This document shows, piece by piece, positions 51,237 to 52,257 of a DNA stretch of 52,257 bases; position 1 is the first letter of the stretch; each line of letters starts with the position of its first letter. The notes below the pieces were generated by a model. The model ran no database searches, was not told the DNA's origin, and saw only the letters and a list, made by a program, of their open reading frames with translations. The DNA is from Candidatus Micrarchaeia archaeon (GTDB lineage Archaea > Micrarchaeota > Micrarchaeia > Micrarchaeales > Micrarchaeaceae): NCBI GenBank assembly GCA_049965155.1, contig JBMFWP010000002.1:1-52257 (forward strand). Reading direction: 5' to 3'. Made by a program: the position numbers and the translations under genes.

Positions 51237-52257
51237 ATGAAGCTGTTGCTGGCACAGGCCAACTTGACCCTTATGGGCGGCGCCGAGCGCGTTCTGCTCA
51301 AGATAGCGCAGCATTACGGTGCAAAGATATATACTGCAGAATACAATAAGAAATCTACTTTTCCAGAATTCTCAGAGCTGGATGTGGAAGTTATAGGCAA
51401 GCCCGTCATTTCGAAGATACTCCCATATGGGCGTGTAATGCAGGGCCTTAATTACGGGCTGAGCTTCTACAACTTGAAGATCAGCGAAGATTATGATGTC
51501 ATAAATGCGCACATGGCTCCAAGCCACTGGGCAAGGCATAAGAACGAACGGGTAATATGGTACTGCCATACGCCCCTCAGGGACATATATGACCTATATG
51601 AGTACAGGCTGTCCCTGAAAAAAGCGTATCAGAAGCCTGTGCACATACTTGGCGCCAAAGGCGTGAGGCGGATAGACAAGAAGGTAGTGAAGGACATAGA
51701 ATTCATCTTCGCTAACAGCTCTAATACTGAGTCCAGGATACGCAAATATTACGGAAGGGAAGATGCGGAAGTGCTCAACGGAGGTATAGACTACAAGCAG
51801 TACAAGGATCTAGGCGATGGGAAGTATTTCTTCTATCCATCAAGGATATCGCAGAACAAGAGGCAGGAATACGCTATACATGCATTCTCAATATTTAAGA
51901 GGAGGACAAAGGGCTACAAGCTCGTGCTGTCCGGCGCAGTATCTAAGGATGATTTCTACGCTTCATACTACAACAGGATCAAGGACGAAGCGGCGAAGGT
52001 AGGTGATGTACAGATAATAGAGAACCCCAGCGACTCGAAGCAGAGGAACCTTTTCGCCCACTCTTCGGCAGTGCTGTACACCCCGATAAATGAGGATTAT
52101 GGATTGGTGCCACTGGAAGCGATGGCAAGCGGCAAACCTGTGATATCAGTCAACGAGGGCGGGCCTCGAGACACCATAGTCAATGGTAAGACGGGATTTC
52201 TTGTGAATAGCGAGAAAGAAATGGCAGCCAAGATGCAGATGCTTGTCGAAAACCCCC
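51237..52257 (+). CDS. Glycosyltransferase, GT4 (GT-B, group 1) family; 3' end outside the window
   Basis: Hand translation from ATG 51237 gives MKLLLAQANLTLMGGAERVLLKIAQHYGAKIYTAEYN...FFYPSRISQNKRQEYAI...NEDYGLVPLEAMASGKPVISVNEGGPRDTIVNGKTGFLV. This is the E-x7-E-type GT1 C-terminal signature. It is not in the ORF track because the frame is open to the window edge. Confidence 0.85.
   Translation, partial: MKLLLAQANLTLMGGAERVLLKIAQHYGAKIYTAEYNKKSTFPEFSELDVEVIGKPVISKILPYGRVMQGLNYGLSFYNLKISEDYDVINAHMAPSHWARHKNERVIWYCHTPLRDIYDLYEYRLSLKKAYQKPVHILGAKGVRRIDKKVVKDIEFIFANSSNTESRIRKYYGREDAEVLNGGIDYKQYKDLGDGKYFFYPSRISQNKRQEYAIHAFSIFKRRTKGYKLVLSGAVSKDDFYASYYNRIKDEAAKVGDVQIIENPSDSKQRNLFAHSSAVLYTPINEDYGLVPLEAMASGKPVISVNEGGPRDTIVNGKTGFLVNSEKEMAAKMQMLVENP

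Overview
Densely coding archaeal chromosome segment with about 55 protein genes and 2 tRNAs. I found no rRNA, CRISPR array, IS element or integrase. Most of it is housekeeping. On the minus strand, 1-5394 is a fused translation cluster: L30e-S12-S7-aEF2-L7Ae-S28e-L24e-Nop5. This is followed by cysS, a signal peptidase, SMC, an M50 protease, rpoK, a geranylgeranyl reductase, a PAC2-type proteasome chaperone and pyrG. On the plus strand, 27621-33077 holds L15e-Pcc1 and a truncated S10-type operon (L3-L4-L23-L2-S19-L22-S3). That operon runs directly into a 1121-aa AglB oligosaccharyltransferase. 37545-46428 is a sugar and sugar-acid oxidation island with ALDH, an IlvD/Edd dehydratase, an enolase-superfamily dehydratase, a DapA-family aldolase, an MDR glucose dehydrogenase, a cyclase-family hydrolase and GH15. 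DRG, SRP54 and a GT4 glycosyltransferase close the window. Several features suggest a small-genome, possibly acidophilic, DPANN/Micrarchaeota- or Thermoplasmata-like archaeon, but this is a low-confidence inference. They are fragmented r-protein operons, ATA-dominated Ile codons, a type-III H+ P-type ATPase, QSAMEYL-type pilin signals and a non-canonical tRNA intron. The items most worth a second look are: (1) a compositionally atypical two-gene cassette (Pol-beta-type nucleotidyltransferase plus a helical partner) between the r-protein cluster and cysS; (2) a tRNA-Leu(UAA) with a 20-nt insertion in the D-arm; (3) a tRNA-Ile with a genomic UAU anticodon; (4) two very basic small genes (a 74-aa internally duplicated protein and a 25-aa Lys-rich micro-ORF) with matching promoter/SD/T-tract architecture; (5) AglB with an extra N-terminal 3-TM plus coiled-coil module; (6) Nop5 with a vestigial N-terminal domain; (7) the sugar-acid island, which has two unrelated dehydratases and a cyclase-family candidate lactonase. 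All calls come from reading the supplied translations and hand-translating two edge genes. No database search was run.
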